Assembly: GCA_965203295.1 (NCBI GenBank)
Contig: CBDBCZ010000016.1
Span: forward strand, 864,001-928,000
Length of the DNA: 64,000 nucleotides
Direction: 5' to 3'
From: Nitrospirales bacterium
GTDB lineage: Bacteria; Nitrospirota; Nitrospiria; Nitrospirales; UBA8639
The translations under genes and the position numbers were made by a program. Position 1 is the first letter of the stretch; each line of letters begins with the position of its first letter. This document shows positions 27,201 to 41,088 of this stretch, piece by piece. Below the pieces are notes generated by a model. The model did no database searches, was not told the DNA's origin, and saw only the letters and a program-made list of their open reading frames with translations.

Positions 27201-27327
27201 ATGCAGATTGCATCTTTAATCTCTATCTGTACAGAGCGAGCGAGTTCAACAAACACAACTACTTGTAATTATTTAATGTTATACTGTGAATTATCTATTA
27301 CTGATTCTAGCAAGCATAAAAAAAAAC

Positions 27328-28056
27328 ACAGAAACAAGAAAATGAAAAATTTCAAAAAAATTTAAAAAGATGTAGGGATGGAGTGCCAAAAAGCAAGAAA
27401 ACAAGGGTAGGGATGGCATGAACGCAACATACACAGCCCCATCCCTACATCTTTTTCACATGTCTACTGCATTGATGGTCTAATTAATGCTTAATGGCAT
27501 AGCTGTCCTTCCTGTGGGCAGCACTGAGAAGAGGGTGGCCGTTGATGTGTATTGAGATTTAACCTGTGCATGTACCTTATGTTTAATTTCAGCCTCCTTA
27601 GTAACCCAGACATACTTTTACTAATAAGCCTGAATACACACTGTGTGTATGTTTGCTTGTATATAAACATGTACACTGTACAATGTATATACATGCAAAC
27701 ATGCACACAGTGTGTACATCCTCATTAGTACACCACTTATTAATATAACATACAACACAGGCATAGTCAGACATATACAATAATACAATTTACTGGTTCA
27801 ACTGGTACATGCATGTAGCTGTGACATATCAGCAAACCGTGCGAAGAGGGTTGGCCGGTGCAAGTTGTCACTGGTTATGGGTATGACATCAATAATTGTA
27901 TTGCAGCACTACGGTTGCAGTGATATGTGAAAAAGATGTAGGAATGGGGCTGTGTATGTTGCGTTCATGCTATCCCTACCCTTGTTTTCTTGCTTTTTGG
28001 CTCTCCATCCCTACATCTTTTTAAATTTTTTTGAAATTTTTTCATTTTCTTGTGTT
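27328..28056. repeat. Long inverted repeat (~130-bp arms), foldback element
   Basis: ~27328-27461 is the reverse complement of ~27926-28056 (AAGATGTAGGGATGG..GCATGAACGCAACATACACAGCCCC). Confidence 0.8.
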
Positions 28057-28827
28057 ACTAGTCTTATACCATGTGCCCGAGACTCTGCCATAAGCTAGAG
28101 CATGGTATCATACCCAGCCATTCATGCCCCAGCCTATTGTGTTGGTTATCTGTCAGAAGCCTACATATACTACGTATCTGTACTTGCTGTTTTTGCTGTC
28201 CAACTCAGTTACATTATCATTACATAGGAACTGCTGTTATCCTGGCAGTGTGAGACTACTGGTTGTCCGTAACTTGATAGCCAGTGTACCGATAGACATT
28301 ATTGAACGTTTTGAAAATATCAGAATAGTGACAAAAGATGATCTGCACACGGTGGACTTTGGCCTTGTTTGCCACACTTGTGACAGGTAACAGCGATGAA
28401 AGGACAGTTGGAGGTGGCATGGTTGTACTTTCCATGTCAGTAACACGGCAGACTTGCTGTAAGTGTTGACGAGGGGACACTGCATGAGGCTCTGTTAGTT
28501 AGTTCACTGCTGCTAAATTGAGGAAAGATACTGGGCTCTCCCCTGTCTTATGATGTTTTAGAGGGGAGAGCCTGGGGACGAGGCGATGCGCATCATGCAG
28601 TAGTGCAAACCGGTTTTGTTTGAAGGACTCACGTATGCACGTATGAAATTTGATTTCCATACACCGTTTGGCATGTGGGAAAGCACTGGACTGGGTATGA
28701 GACTGGAGGGAAATTTGGTTCCAGCATCTATTAGCTGAATAAACTGCCCTATGTAATTGCTAGCTCTGCCTAGCTAGACTCTGATCTCATACCCAGCCAG
28801 CCAGGCTCCAGACACTTGTTGTGATGG

Positions 28828-28993
28828 TATTCATGTGCCCTAATTACCTATTACATGAAACCCACAAGTGCTTTGTGCAAATGCTGGTATATAAACTGGA
28901 GCCTGTGAATCTACTAACTGATGTGATGGTAGTTCACCCAACCTGTTTAAGGTTTGTAAAAAATTTTGGAGGGCTTCAAATCGTTCTGAAGCC
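28828..28993 (+). ncRNA. Sm-site small-RNA cassette copy 1 (subfamily D)
   Basis: TATTCATG 28828, AAACCCACAAGTG, TATATAA 28888, AATTTTGG ~28962, stem-loop GGCTTCA-aatcgttc-TGAAGCC. Confidence 0.6.
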
Positions 28994-29068
28994 TATCTAC
29001 AAGGCCTATACACAAGGGTATAGCTAGTGACCTGTATGTTCTTGCTTATAGGTAGTGATGGGCGATAC

Positions 29069-30398
29069 CATAGATAATATATACTTCCGTAGGGATTGGA
29101 AACGGCTGTTTATCACGCCTTGATCCGCGTTGGGACGGAAGTGCATGCTGTGCGCGAATGTGATGTCATATAATGGCGTTTAACGCCGCGCCGTGCGCAT
29201 AATCTACGAGCTGTCAATCTTTTACTGCGACTGAAGAAGAGATTATGGCTAAAGCGAACCGTGGTGATGTGGCAAGAGGTAAGTCGAGATATATAAATGT
29301 AGTCTGTGGTGGGGCATGAGTCTAAATAGAGCCCCTTTGCCTATACACGTACATGTACACACTTCTATTATCTATGCTATTGCTATTCCATAGGGCTATT
29401 TCTGGATGCAGTGAGATGTGTGGTAAATGATGATGGTTTTCAGGTCCATTCCAAAGCAGTGGTGCAAGAGCAAGCCCTGCACGCAGCTTCTAAACTGGGG
29501 AAATGGTGCAAGAAAATCGACAACAGTGTACATGTATGCAGAAAGAGGCAAGAAAATTTGCAGAGGACTCGTCTTCTGTTCAGCTGTCCCAGAAACCATC
29601 TTCTCCACTTGTTTGCTCCTCCGCTTGCTTCTGTGCTTGCTTCTTTCTTCTTCATTCTTTCTATGGACGCTCAGTCTGTGCTTTCTCCCCATTCTAGAGT
29701 AATAAATACAGTATTCGTTATGGTGCCAAACTTTAAACGCACGTTTTAACATGCTACTGAACTTGTGGGAAAAACTTTTGATCAAGGCTTGAAGCAATTC
29801 TAATATGGTGTTCATGCAAAAGTACATGTATTTTCCTATTCTCTGATAGCTTTAGTTTGACTATTGGAATTAAACTGTGATCCTGGTAGGTACACAAAAA
29901 AAGCGATGTCAAGGTAAGCGTTTCGAAGTAAATGGTGCACCAACTGGCCAAGAAATACAATGTACCTATAAGTAAAGTACCATGCAAAACTTTAGCTAAA
30001 CTCCAAGCAAGCAATACAGTTAGAGATACTGTAAGCTGTCCCTAGGCCATGCTATAGGTACACAAAAATTTTGGCCTAGCTGCTTACCAACAGAAAAGTA
30101 CAGTACAATTGCCCCACGAGGTAAGTATTTCATTAAATGCCCACTATGGCTCAGTATATCCCTGCCACTACAGAATACGCTTATTTATATCGCTCATTAC
30201 CTGTCGTCTTATCTTTTTGTCAAACAAATCCAGCCAGAGACGGCTATGTCGCTGCACTGTCGCTGAATAAAGTGGCGAACGGCAAGTGTGACATTCCACA
30301 CATTCGTCCCAACGCGGAGCGTTTCAAGCGCTCAATACGGCAGCTAATGGGCGCACGTGATTCGTTTCCAATCCCTACGGAAGTATATATTATCTATG
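29069..30398. mobile_element. Non-autonomous P-superfamily-like element inserted in a hAT-like MITE
   Basis: 35-bp perfect TIR CATAGATAATATATACTTCCGTAGGGATTGGAAAC; 7-bp TSD GCGATAC; the host MITE is seen uninterrupted at 58527-58876. Confidence 0.8.
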
Positions 30399-30559
30399 GC
30401 GATACCAGCAGCTGTAGAATTGATATGATACCGATACTTTGGGCCACAGGTATCAATTCCACCAAAAAACACTTCCCCAAAAACCAATGAAACAAGCGAC
30501 AGTGCACACCACAATGCATGCACAGACTACCCACACATCACAGTGCAATGCATTTACCG

Positions 30560-31265
30560 CGTAGCTACCATTCCTACATCTTTCCAACCACACCCACCAC
30601 AACCATGTATACGTATATGTGAGATGTGAAGAGTGGTAGTGTAATTTGGTGTGTGTGTATTGCTAATGACTGAGCATGTGGTGGTTGTGGAAGGTAGCTG
30701 AAACTGTAGAATGTGGACTAGTGAGTCATTGAGGGTGGAGTCATAAATATGGTGTTTGTATAGGGACTTGGGGAGTGTTTGGTTATGCCTGGTGGAGTGT
30801 TATGAAGTTTGTGAGTGTGTTGTGAGATGCTTGTGTGTGCAGGTTCTTTGTAGGGGAGGTCAATGTGGGTGTGTTTGGTAAAGTGTAGAAACTTCGCTGA
30901 GCGAGTTGTATGGTGGTTGATGTGGGTTTGTGTTAGTTGTGTGTGTAGGTGGCAGTGTGGTGTTGTGAGGAATTGCTCTGCTCAATTGTGCTTGTGAATG
31001 GTGAATGGTGGAGCGAAGTGTATTTTGATGGGAGTAGTGTTCCTGAACTTCCTGTGAAGGTTTGGGTTGGTTGTAGTGTAGGGTGATAATTATGTTTTGT
31101 CAAGTCGAAAGTAAGGGTGCTTGTTGGATGGAGACGAGGTGTCATGGTTGATGATGATTGTGGATGGTTGTGTGTTAGAGGAAGTATTCAGCGTGCTGTT
31201 GAGTATGGGGGCGTGGTACAGATTGTGGTGGGTGTGGTTGGAAAGATGTAGGGATGGTAGCTACG
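30560..31265. repeat. Inverted-repeat element with a GT-rich interior
   Basis: CGTAGCTACCATTCCTACATCTTTCCAACCACACCCACCACAA mirrored at ~31223-31265. Confidence 0.7.
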
Positions 31266-31630
31266 TGATGTAGGGTATCGTATCGCTATACCGCAATGTA
31301 GTATTGAATATCGATACTAACGAAAACGACACCAGTATCGTAGTTATCGATAAATTGGTATCGGATTGCCGTAAGATGGCTGGAACGGACCTATACGGGC
31401 AGCATCTTTCCGTTACTAGATAGAATCCTGTATGTAGTCTCGCCTTGCCGATAGCTAGATATTTAAACGACCGTAGCTCTGCAATGACCCAGGGGTTGAA
31501 CGGGGTTGGCCAGATATTCTAAGTCTACTTCGGGAGAGCTTTCGAAAGATGTCCATTCCTTGGGGATACACTTAAAGACTAACGAGAAAACTTTTTAGCA
31601 CAAATGCTTTGAAGTCACTGGGTGTAATAA

Positions 31631-31789
31631 TATTCATGTTCATAATCATAATTGCATGGACTGTAAAACCCACAAGTGGTTTGAGCAAGTGCTGCTATAT
31701 AAGCTGGGACAGGCACACCACCACTGCACACATAGAATGGTATAATGTACTGGTGAATAGTACAATTTTTGGAGGCTTCTCAAGAAGCC
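31631..31789 (+). ncRNA. Sm-site small-RNA cassette copy 2 (subfamily A)
   Basis: TATATAA 31696, AATTTTTGG 31764-31772, stem-loop GGCTTC-tcaa-GAAGCC 31774-31789. Confidence 0.65.
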
Positions 31790-32818
31790 ATTGCAAAGAG
31801 CCACGCAGATACTATAATATTTACAAAAAGTGCAAAAAGCACTCATGTAGGGATGCACTCCCACCAAAAAAAAACACTTCCCCAAAAACCAAAACTTTTT
31901 AGCACACCATGCTGTTCCCTGTTTGATGGTGTTAGTGTGCCGTAATTACAATGATTTTCAGACAAGGAAACCCACTAGTGACTTGAGCTAGTGCTGCTAT
32001 ATGAGTGTTTGTCACTTGGATTGTGTTCCTCCAGCCTTCAAAGCATTTGTTGGGAGGTCTCTGATGAAGCCTATTACCTGGCCTCATCATGTTCGGCTTT
32101 GGTCTTAGCCCTGTGTTGTTTTGTAATTGTTTGCAGTCTCTCCTTTGAGTTACTGCCTCCACATGGCTCAGGCAGAAAACTCAGGGACACTAAATTCTCG
32201 ATCAGGCTACTGCCATGCCACTGGCAGATGCTTGTATGATAGCTATACTAGCTAGATGGACATTTATACATATGACAAGTTACAGAAAAAGCACTTTCCA
32301 AAAAGTGCAGAAACCAGTGATGTAGGGATGCACTAGCTACCAGCAAAAAACACTTCCCCAAAAACCAACGAAACAAGCGACAATGCACACCGGAAGGCGT
32401 GCACAGACTATAGCCACACATCACAGCGCGTTGCATTTACTGCATACCTACCATCCCTAGGCACCATAAGGACGGGGACAGAATATGCATTGGTGTATGC
32501 CACTGTGACAGTTTTCACTGTACAAGTCAGAGATAATGGTTTTCGGGCAGTTGCTGTTTACTAAGAGCATACACACTTAGATCGTTTGTGTGGGGAAGGC
32601 CTGGGAGCAAGGCTACAAGAGTCCATAGTACAAATGAAAGGAGTGCTACACCTCAGTATAGCAATGTGATTTCTAATGATGTCATGGGGCAGGATGTACT
32701 GGTCTCATATTCCCTTTCTGAGCAGGTCTCAACCACAAGTAGCAGTATGTAGTCAGTGATAACCAGTGGTAGAAGACTCTAGTCAGTGATATCGGCTGGT
32801 AGTCAGTGCAGTAAACAG

Positions 32819-33426
32819 TAGCCTCGCGCCCAGGCTCATTGCGTGGGGGAAAGTTGAGCCTGGTACACACTGTTCGCGCATACGCAAGAATTTGCGGAAA
32901 AGAGTCAGTAAACGTATCCGTGAATGACCTCAGCCACGTGGTAAGGAGTAATACGGAGCAGCATACATGTATAGTAAGCGGAAGAATTAGAAATTAGCTC
33001 ATTCTGTCCAACCTCAGATAGCTTTAAAACCAGTTTAAAAATAGCAATAAGACCTGTACCTTTCTATCCTCTAGGATTATGGTATATCTCTTACCGCAAA
33101 AATTCGGAAGCGCCTCCCTTTTGGTAGTGACTCGATTTTCGATCGCAGATCTGGTCTTCTAGGCCTTTAGGAAGCAAGCGGGATCGAAGACTCAAACTAG
33201 CAATCACTTTTGAGGCATCTACATGGCTTAAAAATGCTCCCAGGCGCATATAACTTGCCAACTACTCTAGTGCAACGGACGGTGATACGATGATAGATGG
33301 ATAATATTACGCTGTAGTATCCGCTAGTTTCCAAGCCCCCAGAAATCCTGGGGGAACTGAGCATGCGCAAACAGTGTGTACCAGGCTCAACTTTCCTCCC
33401 ACGCAATGAGCCTGGGCACGAGGCTA
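32819..33426. mobile_element. AcademH-like MITE
   Basis: TIR TAGCCTCGCGCCCAGGCTCATTGCGTGGG; 9-bp TSD AGTAAACAG/AGTAAATAG. Confidence 0.85.
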
Positions 33427-33485
33427 AGTAAATAGTTGCTAGCCTGTTCCATTGCTAGTGGCTGACGTCTCACTGGGTGTAATAA

Positions 33486-33644
33486 TATTCATGTTCATAA
33501 TCATAATTGCATGGACTGTAAAACCCACAAGTGGTTTGAGCAAGTGCTGCTATATAAGCCGGGACAGGCACACCACCACTGCACACATAGAATGGTATAA
33601 TGTACTGGTGAATAGTACAATTTTTGGAGGCTTCTCAAGAAGCC
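33486..33644 (+). ncRNA. Sm-site small-RNA cassette copy 3 (subfamily A, near-identical to copy 2)
   Basis: TATATAA 33551, Sm site 33619-33627, stem-loop 33629-33644. Confidence 0.65.
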
Positions 33645-34098
33645 ATTGCAAAGAGCCACGCAGATACTATAATATTTACAAAAAGTGCAAAAAGCACTCA
33701 TGTAGGGATGCACTCCCACCAAAAAAAAACACTTCCCCAAAAACCAATGAAACAAGCAACAGTGCACACCAGCAGGCGTGCACAGACTACCCACACATCA
33801 GAGTTCTTTGAAAATGTTATGCCCGAAAGGCACTATTTGAGGGTCAACCATGCCTGGTCGTGTTGGAATCTTTTTAATCGCTTCACCCATTATTGTGCTA
33901 GTCTGGCTGAAAGAATATGACAAAGACGAACAAGATGGACTGTTCAGCGGTTTTAACCACTTGCCGCTTTGGTACTTCAAAGATGTTTATTAGCAGTACC
34001 AACAGTCTGGTTAATGATGACAGTGCTCGACAAGAACTGGTAGGGCTCATATTAGCCCTAAACTACACTTACAGCAGAGTTTTGAACATGTCATTTTG

Positions 34099-34538
34099 TA
34101 GTCTCGTGCCCAGACCACACCCCTGCCGGGACACGTGTACTATACTATCCATGCTGCTACTACTAAAGATCGCTATAGAGATGGATGGCTGCCGCCCCAA
34201 GCTTGCCCATTTGTGGTATTTGCAAAACTGCTATAGTGCACACGAAACAGCGACGGAAGCTGAATCCACCGTACCTCTGGACGCCAAATAACACTGCCGC
34301 TTTCACCACATCCACAGGAAACTCTCGCTTTAGACGCTTCACCAACACTTTCGAAGCCATCATTTCACCGCAATGCGAGTCTTAGACTGTAAATTATTTC
34401 ACGCGTAGGTACTAATTCTAATTAACGCCATTCTGCAATCTGATTGGTCGCATTGAGATTTCAATGCTAGCCCCCAGATTTGAACTTGCGTAGCCAGACC
34501 ACTTTCCCCAGCAGGGGTGTGGTCTGGGCACGAGACTA
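34099..34538. mobile_element. AcademH-like MITE
   Basis: TIR TAGTCTCGTGCCCAGACCACACCCCTGC; perfect 9-bp TSD GTCATTTTG. Confidence 0.9.
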
Positions 34539-34615
34539 GTCATTTTGTACGCATTTAATGTGGAAGCCATTTTTTTCCAGGGCCATCCCTACATATGGAG
34601 TACTACCGTACTCCT

Positions 34616-35426
34616 TAGCCTCGAACCCAGCCGTCCCAGCTTTTTTTCGCTTGCAGGAAGAAAAAGCGGAACGCCTGGGAACACTTATCACGTGATATTA
34701 CGTAACTTTAATTGAACGTGGGCGGGAGTAACCGTAAGCGATAAGCAACCCACGCTAATTAACGGCTGATTTTAGCGCGCTTTGCCCGGGTTTCTGGACA
34801 GCGAAGTATTCGCGCTTTACAGCTACAGATGGGAGTGCAACGACCATGAATCGACTCAACAAGTTACGTGAACAAGCTCCAGCGTTTCCAGAGGCGGTAC
34901 TTCTCCAAAATGGCGACCACGTTGCATGACGTCATTGTTCTATTTTTAGTGATGTCATATTTTTACAATAGCAGGCAGTATGGTTTTACCGGTGCTGCTC
35001 TCCTTACAGGCAGCTCAGTGTGTTTAGTTATCTTGTTAGCTATGCGAGAGGCTAGCTATATAGTACGCGTGCATGCTTGACGAGAACGGTACTATACCGG
35101 TCATAATCTCGCTAGCCAGACGGTCAGTAGAGAATGGATCTCTTGCAACGCCTTCGCGGGTCCAGCATCTTTTGCGAGTGATAAAGGTATGTCTTTCTTA
35201 CAGAAACACATGAAATTGTGCGCTGTTAGTGAGCGTACGAGTAGTGCCCGTTTGCGTGGGCAAGCTGAGCTCGGTTGCCATCTTGCGGCCGTGCACCCCA
35301 CGCGCAATTAAGTCGGTTCTACCCTTGGTTCTACCTTTACGTCATATCACGTGATAAGTGTTCCCAGGCGTTCCGCTTTTTCTTCCTGCAAGCGAAAAAA
35401 AGCTGGGACGGCTGGGTTCGAGGCTA
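34616..35426. mobile_element. TAG-ended MITE with long TIRs
   Basis: ~80-bp TIR TAGCCTCGAACCCAGCCGTCCCAGCTTTTTT..CACGTGATAT; TSD GTACTCCT (8 bp). Confidence 0.9.
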
Positions 35427-37485
35427 GTACTCCTGATATAATGGAGTACAGTAGCACTGGAGAGGAGTGATCACATGCACTATAGTGGAATGCAATTAGC
35501 TATGCTTTCTGATGATGTAAGAAAACGTGTTGGGCAGAGAGGAGCAATAATAACCGCTCTGTGAGTGATCTTGTGCAAGTTTTCACAGTAAAATAGCTAG
35601 AATTTGAGTGGTAAAACCGCTATCTTACTGTAGCTTTACGAATTATTTTCCAAGCTCACTGAAAATCCACTGTCTAATTTTCTGCATCACAGCTCCATAC
35701 TTGCAACCCATAGTTTTTGAGGGGGCGTCCCCACCCGTCCCCTCGAAGGTTGTAGAACTACAAAACGTTCTGTAGGCCAGATACCGTATACCTCTGCTCA
35801 CCTTCCATAGTCTTCTCAATGGAATGCTATTAGCTTTACGTGACATCATTGGCATTTCATTGACGTACATGTGATCGCTTCCAACCACCTCTTAGTACTC
35901 CATATATAGGGATGGCCCCCCCAAAAATGGCGTCTCAATTAAATGTATACAAAATGACATGTTCAGAACTCTGCTATAGGTGTAGTCTAGGGCTAATGTA
36001 AACCCTACCAGTCATTCTCGAGCATTGTCATCACAAACCAGACTGTTAGAGTATCTCTTAAGTACCAAACCAGCAAGCCGCTAAAACGGCCGAATTGTCT
36101 ATCTTCTGATTCTTCCTTAGCCAGGCTAGCACAATAATGGCGCATTCACAATGATATTCCCCGGGGTATTGCACTCGTAGTATAGCGTTTTAAAGAAATC
36201 AAAAGTGACTCACGAGTACTCTCGAGTGGATGCTTGCTGTTTCACACCATTTAATAACTTGGATTACACATATGCAGATTGCACGTGATTGTCTACTTAT
36301 CGCCTTCCATTGATCGTGCTAGCTGTCCGGGCCTAAGCTGCTGAGTTGCATCTCCTGGTTAATCACTGCGTAAGTTACACAAACTGTAGCTGAATGCACT
36401 ACTCACAAGGCTGATTATATTTGATTGGCTGTGAGGGAAGGCGTGCCCCATCTCATTACTTAGTCATTCAATGTCTGAAAACAAAGGGGGTACAGTAGGT
36501 ACTTTTAGGCCCTATAGGGGGTTACTTTTTCACAATATGGTGGCACAGTGCCCCTCTAAAGCAACATAGAGAGAACTCTGGAGCCATGAGCAATGGCTTT
36601 GTCACTGACTTGGCCTGAACCTAGATTCAGAACAGGAGGTTGGAATGTAAGAGTTTCATTCAGTAGCATCTGCTGTCATGGAGTGCGAGCGAGGTGGCAG
36701 TGCTACTATCTTCACAGCCATAGCCTAGCGTACATGTAAGTACAGTAAATGGTGCTGATTCCATTTAAAGCAGCTCAGCATGGCTACGTGCACGCTCATA
36801 CATAATCACTGTAGTAAGCATGAAAGGTTCTATGTATAAATATGCACACAACATTTCTTTTTGTGGCCAAAGTGTAATCTCTAGCTTCTGTTTGTATGGA
36901 ATACCTCGCATTTGAGCGCTGGTTCCAGCCGGAGGCAGTGACTGAGAGGAGAGACTACAAACAGCTGCTAGACCACTCAAGCAAGCTAGCACTGTAGCCT
37001 AGCTACCATAGGCTACATGCAGGTGAAAAGCTGCTGACTCCATTTACTGATGCACATCGACGTGGTTAGCCTAGCATAGCAGTTATAGCTCTGCTTGGCT
37101 TTCACTTACAGGACTGTACCACAACTAACCTTTGTGATAAGTGCCTGTCATCGTGAGACTACGTCTTGTAGTGGAAAGAGCTAGCCTCGTACCCAGGCTA
37201 TGGAAAGAGCTAGCATCATCTCACACTTATTTGCAAACACGTGGTACTTTGACCACAATCTTCACGGGTCACGAGTGAGAGTGCATTTGGGAGCACGCGC
37301 ATGCAGCTTCCGTTTTTGTTTTTGACACGTATGCACGGACACACAAACGGGCACACGAACACAACCAGGCATAATAATAGATACATGTATTTTGCCTCAC
37401 TTATTCTATGTGTCTAGCTTATATTTTTGGGTTGGTTGCCTGGGGTGTTTTAGTTAAAAGTATTGATTGAGGTCCTGTTTGATAG

Positions 37486-37639
37486 TATTCATGTGTCTTA
37501 ATTATTCTGAATAAGGAAACCCACAAGTGTTTTGAGCAAGTGCTGCTATATAAGCTGGCCTGGGGCTGTGGGGCAGTGGAGTCCTGTCTGTTCTAGCAGC
37601 AGAAAATTAATAATTTTTGGAAGGCTTCTAATTGAGCCT
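37486..37639 (+). ncRNA. Sm-site small-RNA cassette copy 4 (subfamily B, unique core)
   Basis: TATATAA 37547, core ~37566-37608, AATTTTTGG 37612-37620, stem-loop AGGCTT-ctaatt-GAGCCT. Confidence 0.65.
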
Positions 37640-39176
37640 ATTACAAGTAGACCTGTTCTGGGTTACATGTAGCCCTTTTGTGAGTGGGTGGTGGGTGGCA
37701 CACGCCTTAGAAAGGTGGGTCTGATACCTTCAATGTTCGTAGTTGGGGAGTGTTACGTCAGTGGTCCCAGTTCTGAATTCTGGTTCGGCACTGTGATTGG
37801 TTGATTATAGTATTTCATCACCGCGGATATCATACGGTAGTTTGCAGTATCCATAGAAGTGGCCATGTGGCTAGTTGTGACAGATTAGGATCTTTGGTGT
37901 ATTTAGTTTGCTAATAGACGGAATGGACACCCCCTTTTATACCTGTGTGCATGTTAATAGGTGCTAGTGCTAGGTATTTTGTTTGTCTCTGTTGTAGTAG
38001 GTGTGATTTCCGTTGCTAGGTCCTTAGTATTTAAGTGTTTGCTATTGTACAGTGTTTGTCTTTAGTCCTCCATCAGTATCTGGTTTTGGTGTCGAAAAGT
38101 AGAGAGCTCGGTCCGCTACACTAGTGTACTGTGACATCCGTTTTGTGATGTAATGGTACCCCAACTTTGAATATACAAGGCACCAGACCCACCTTTCTAA
38201 CGTGGGGTTGGGCGCGAGACTAGTGCCTGGGTGTGTTCGCTGCAATGCAGCAGCCTCCCTCGGCCAATGCCCCATCCTATCTGCAAAATGGGTAACAGTA
38301 AGTGGGCAGTGACAGCCACTGGTAGAAAACAGACTTGTTGTTTTTTGTTGTTGTTTTTTTTTGGGGGGGTTATTTACAGTAGCCTCTTCTACAGTACAGA
38401 GCAGCTGAGATGGTAGTGTGCAGTACTACTGGAATTGATGGAGTCCAGTGGTGTAATAGGTGGGGAGCTTTGATTAGAACATTTGGAGAAGGAGGGCTTT
38501 AGCTTTCTCCAGATCTATGTAACTTGGCAGAAATGCCATTTTGAACACACTGTATTGACCCCCCCCAAGTTCGAGGGGCGTGAAAAACATACTTCGTGGG
38601 CAGAACAAGCATGTATACTGCTAGTGTGGGGCTCCCTCAGGCTCACCCCAATCAAACTCTCTTAGGGTCTAGTCAGAGGAGATTGGAAGCAATCACATGT
38701 ACATGTACGTAAGTATTGCATGATGTTACGTTTGATTAGCTAATTGAGATGAATGCGGAAGGTATGCAGAGTTGGTATCTGACCTAAAGAATGCTTCCTA
38801 GCTCTGTCTACAACCTTCAAGGGGACGGGTGGGAACGCCCCCTCAGAATCCTTTGACTTACAAGTGTTAAGATGTGCTACAAGAAGATTGGCAGTGGATT
38901 GTCAGTGATTGAGCTTGCAAATTTTCCTCTGTACAATAGTTAGCAATGCTGCACACTATTTCATTTACTGTAAAACTGCTAATTTGCACAAGATCACTAA
39001 AAAGGGAAGCTGTTATTGCTTCTCTCTGCCTGAGACTTTTGCATGACATCATCAGATGGTATAGCTATCTCATCCCACTACAGTTCACGTGATCACTTCT
39101 GACCTCCCAGAGACCTGGGTATGAGGCTGGGTTGGTGACCACGTGTTCCCTGTGTCATGCAAATAACTTGGAACTA

Positions 39177-39300
39177 GGAAACCCATAAGTGTTGTGAGCA
39201 AGTGCTGCTATATAAGGTGGCACCACGTTAGTCACTTGGAATAGTACGTTTCCCAAAGCTTTGCTGTTTATGTAGAATTTTTAGGAGGCTTCTGTTGAAG
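39177..39300 (+). ncRNA. Sm-site cassette copy 5 (subfamily C, 3' hairpin damaged)
   Basis: TATATAA 39209, AATTTTTAG at 39276, hairpin partly deleted relative to copy 12. Confidence 0.45.
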
Positions 39301-40709
39301 TATGCCTGTGCTTATTGTGCTCACAATCTTCCCTTTTTATCTCCTCATACATGTATACATGTATTTTGTCACTTTTATTCTATGTGTCTAGTTTATATTT
39401 TTGGGTTGCCCAGAGTGTTTTAGACAACAAGGATTTTAGGCTGCCATTGACATGTTTATGGTTGTCATATTTGAATTTCTTTCTGATATGTTGTAAAGTA
39501 TGTTTGATAGGTTATCAGGTTTAATATCATCCATACAAGTGGCTCAGCTGATGGTATAAACAGCAGCTATATAAGAGAAGAAAAGCCAGCCTGTTCACGA
39601 ACACGAGGAGACTATTTTTATGAGTGTGTTTACGGAGACCATCTTCCCTACATCTCCTTACCCAGGATGGTCTCCGTAAGCGCACTGCGCTGTGATTTGT
39701 AGCTACTATGTAATGCATTAGGCTGTGATGTGTAGGTAGTCTTGCATTCGTACATGAATGGGTTTTGCACTTTTTGGTAAAGTGATTTTTCATGGTAACT
39801 TGTTTGGGTGTTTTTTGGGGGGGAGGGGGCGTGGCAGTAGAGCCTGGCAACAGCACCTTTAATTTGTGCCAACCAAACATAATCAGCCGTATGAGTAGCT
39901 AAGTGTATTTATTTTTATAGCTACAGTCCGTGTAACTTACGCAGTGTTCAACATCGCGACGCAGCTCAGCAGCACAGGCCCAAGCAGCCTGCACAATCAA
40001 AGTAGGCGTTAAATAGATGAACACATGGTGGCAGGCAGTCTGCGCATGCGCATCCTACCAACAATGGTGTGTGAGTGGCAAGCGCTCACTCAAGAGTGCT
40101 CGTTATCACTGCTAAACTAATTCAAGTTCTTTGAAAACGCTATTTCCAAAAGTCACTACCCGAAGGTCAATCATGCCCGTTCGTGTTGGAATCTTTCTGA
40201 TCGCTTCACCCATTTTTGTGCTAGCCTGGCTGAAAGAATCTGACTGAGATAGACGGTGAATCTGCAGTTTTACCCGCTTGCCGCTTTGGTACTTCAGAGA
40301 TGTTCTTTAGCATTGCTAACAGTCTGGTTGGTGATGACAACACATGAGAATAACTAGTACGGCTCATATTACCTCTAGACTACACCTACAGCAGAGTTTT
40401 GAACAAGTCATTTAATACACAGCTGGCGGCGCGCAGGGTGTAATTGGGGCGAGTGCGAGCGAGCCCCACACTTGTCATGTCAACGCGATTTTCTCTGTCT
40501 GTCTCGTACGTCGTGCCGAATCTAAACATTAATTCGCGAATAGCGAAAAATGGTCACGTGTGTAAAATTGCAACCCCAACTACATTCGCGTGTTGTGTAC
40601 TCTGAAGATACATCCATTTAGACTCGCTCAACTTAAGTCGTGCTCTGCATGCTACCATCTTTGTGCATTAGTACCTATGTACTCCTCACGCGCTGCATTC
40701 ACCTAGTGA

Positions 40710-40875
40710 TATTCATGTTCGTAATTATAATTGTATGGACAAAGAAACCCACAAGTGGTTTGAGCAAATGCTGCTATATAAGCTAGGACAGGCACACCAC
40801 CACTACACCTCTTATCATACAGAGAGTGGTGTTACTGGTGAATAGTAAAAATTTTTGGAGGCTTCTCAAGAAGCC
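40710..40875 (+). ncRNA. Sm-site small-RNA cassette copy 6 (subfamily A)
   Basis: TATATAA 40775, Sm site 40850-40858, stem-loop 40860-40875. Confidence 0.65.
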
Positions 40876-41088
40876 ATTGCAAAGAAACACTGCAGATACA
40901 ATTGTCCTTACTTCCTTTCCTTTTTTTGGTTTGGAGGGAGAGGGAAGGTCTAGCAGCTGGACTAGGAGTACAGTGGCACTGGAGAGGAGCGATCGCATGC
41001 ACTATAGTGGAATGCAATTAGCTATGCTGTCTGATGATGTAAAGAAAACGTCTCAGGCAGAGAGGAGCAATAATAACTGCTCCACGAG

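Noticed and set aside
31774..31789. Histone mRNA 3' stem-loop (6-bp stem, 4-nt loop GGCTTC-TCAA-GAAGCC)
   Set aside because: No histone ORF upstream, the loop does not match the U-rich consensus, and paralogous loops vary from 4 to 10 nt.
31609..33811. Duplicated ~100-120-aa ORFs with hydrophobic N-termini (apparent secreted peptides)
   Set aside because: They run through the cassette's TATA/Sm elements, lack ATG starts, and the frame is not preserved in other subfamily-A copies.
37547..37639. Canonical U7 or spliced-leader RNA genes
   Set aside because: The Sm site is the canonical AAUUUUUGG rather than U7's AAUUUGUCUAG, and there is no shared leader exon or conserved GT donor across copies. 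A relationship is possible but identity is unsupported.
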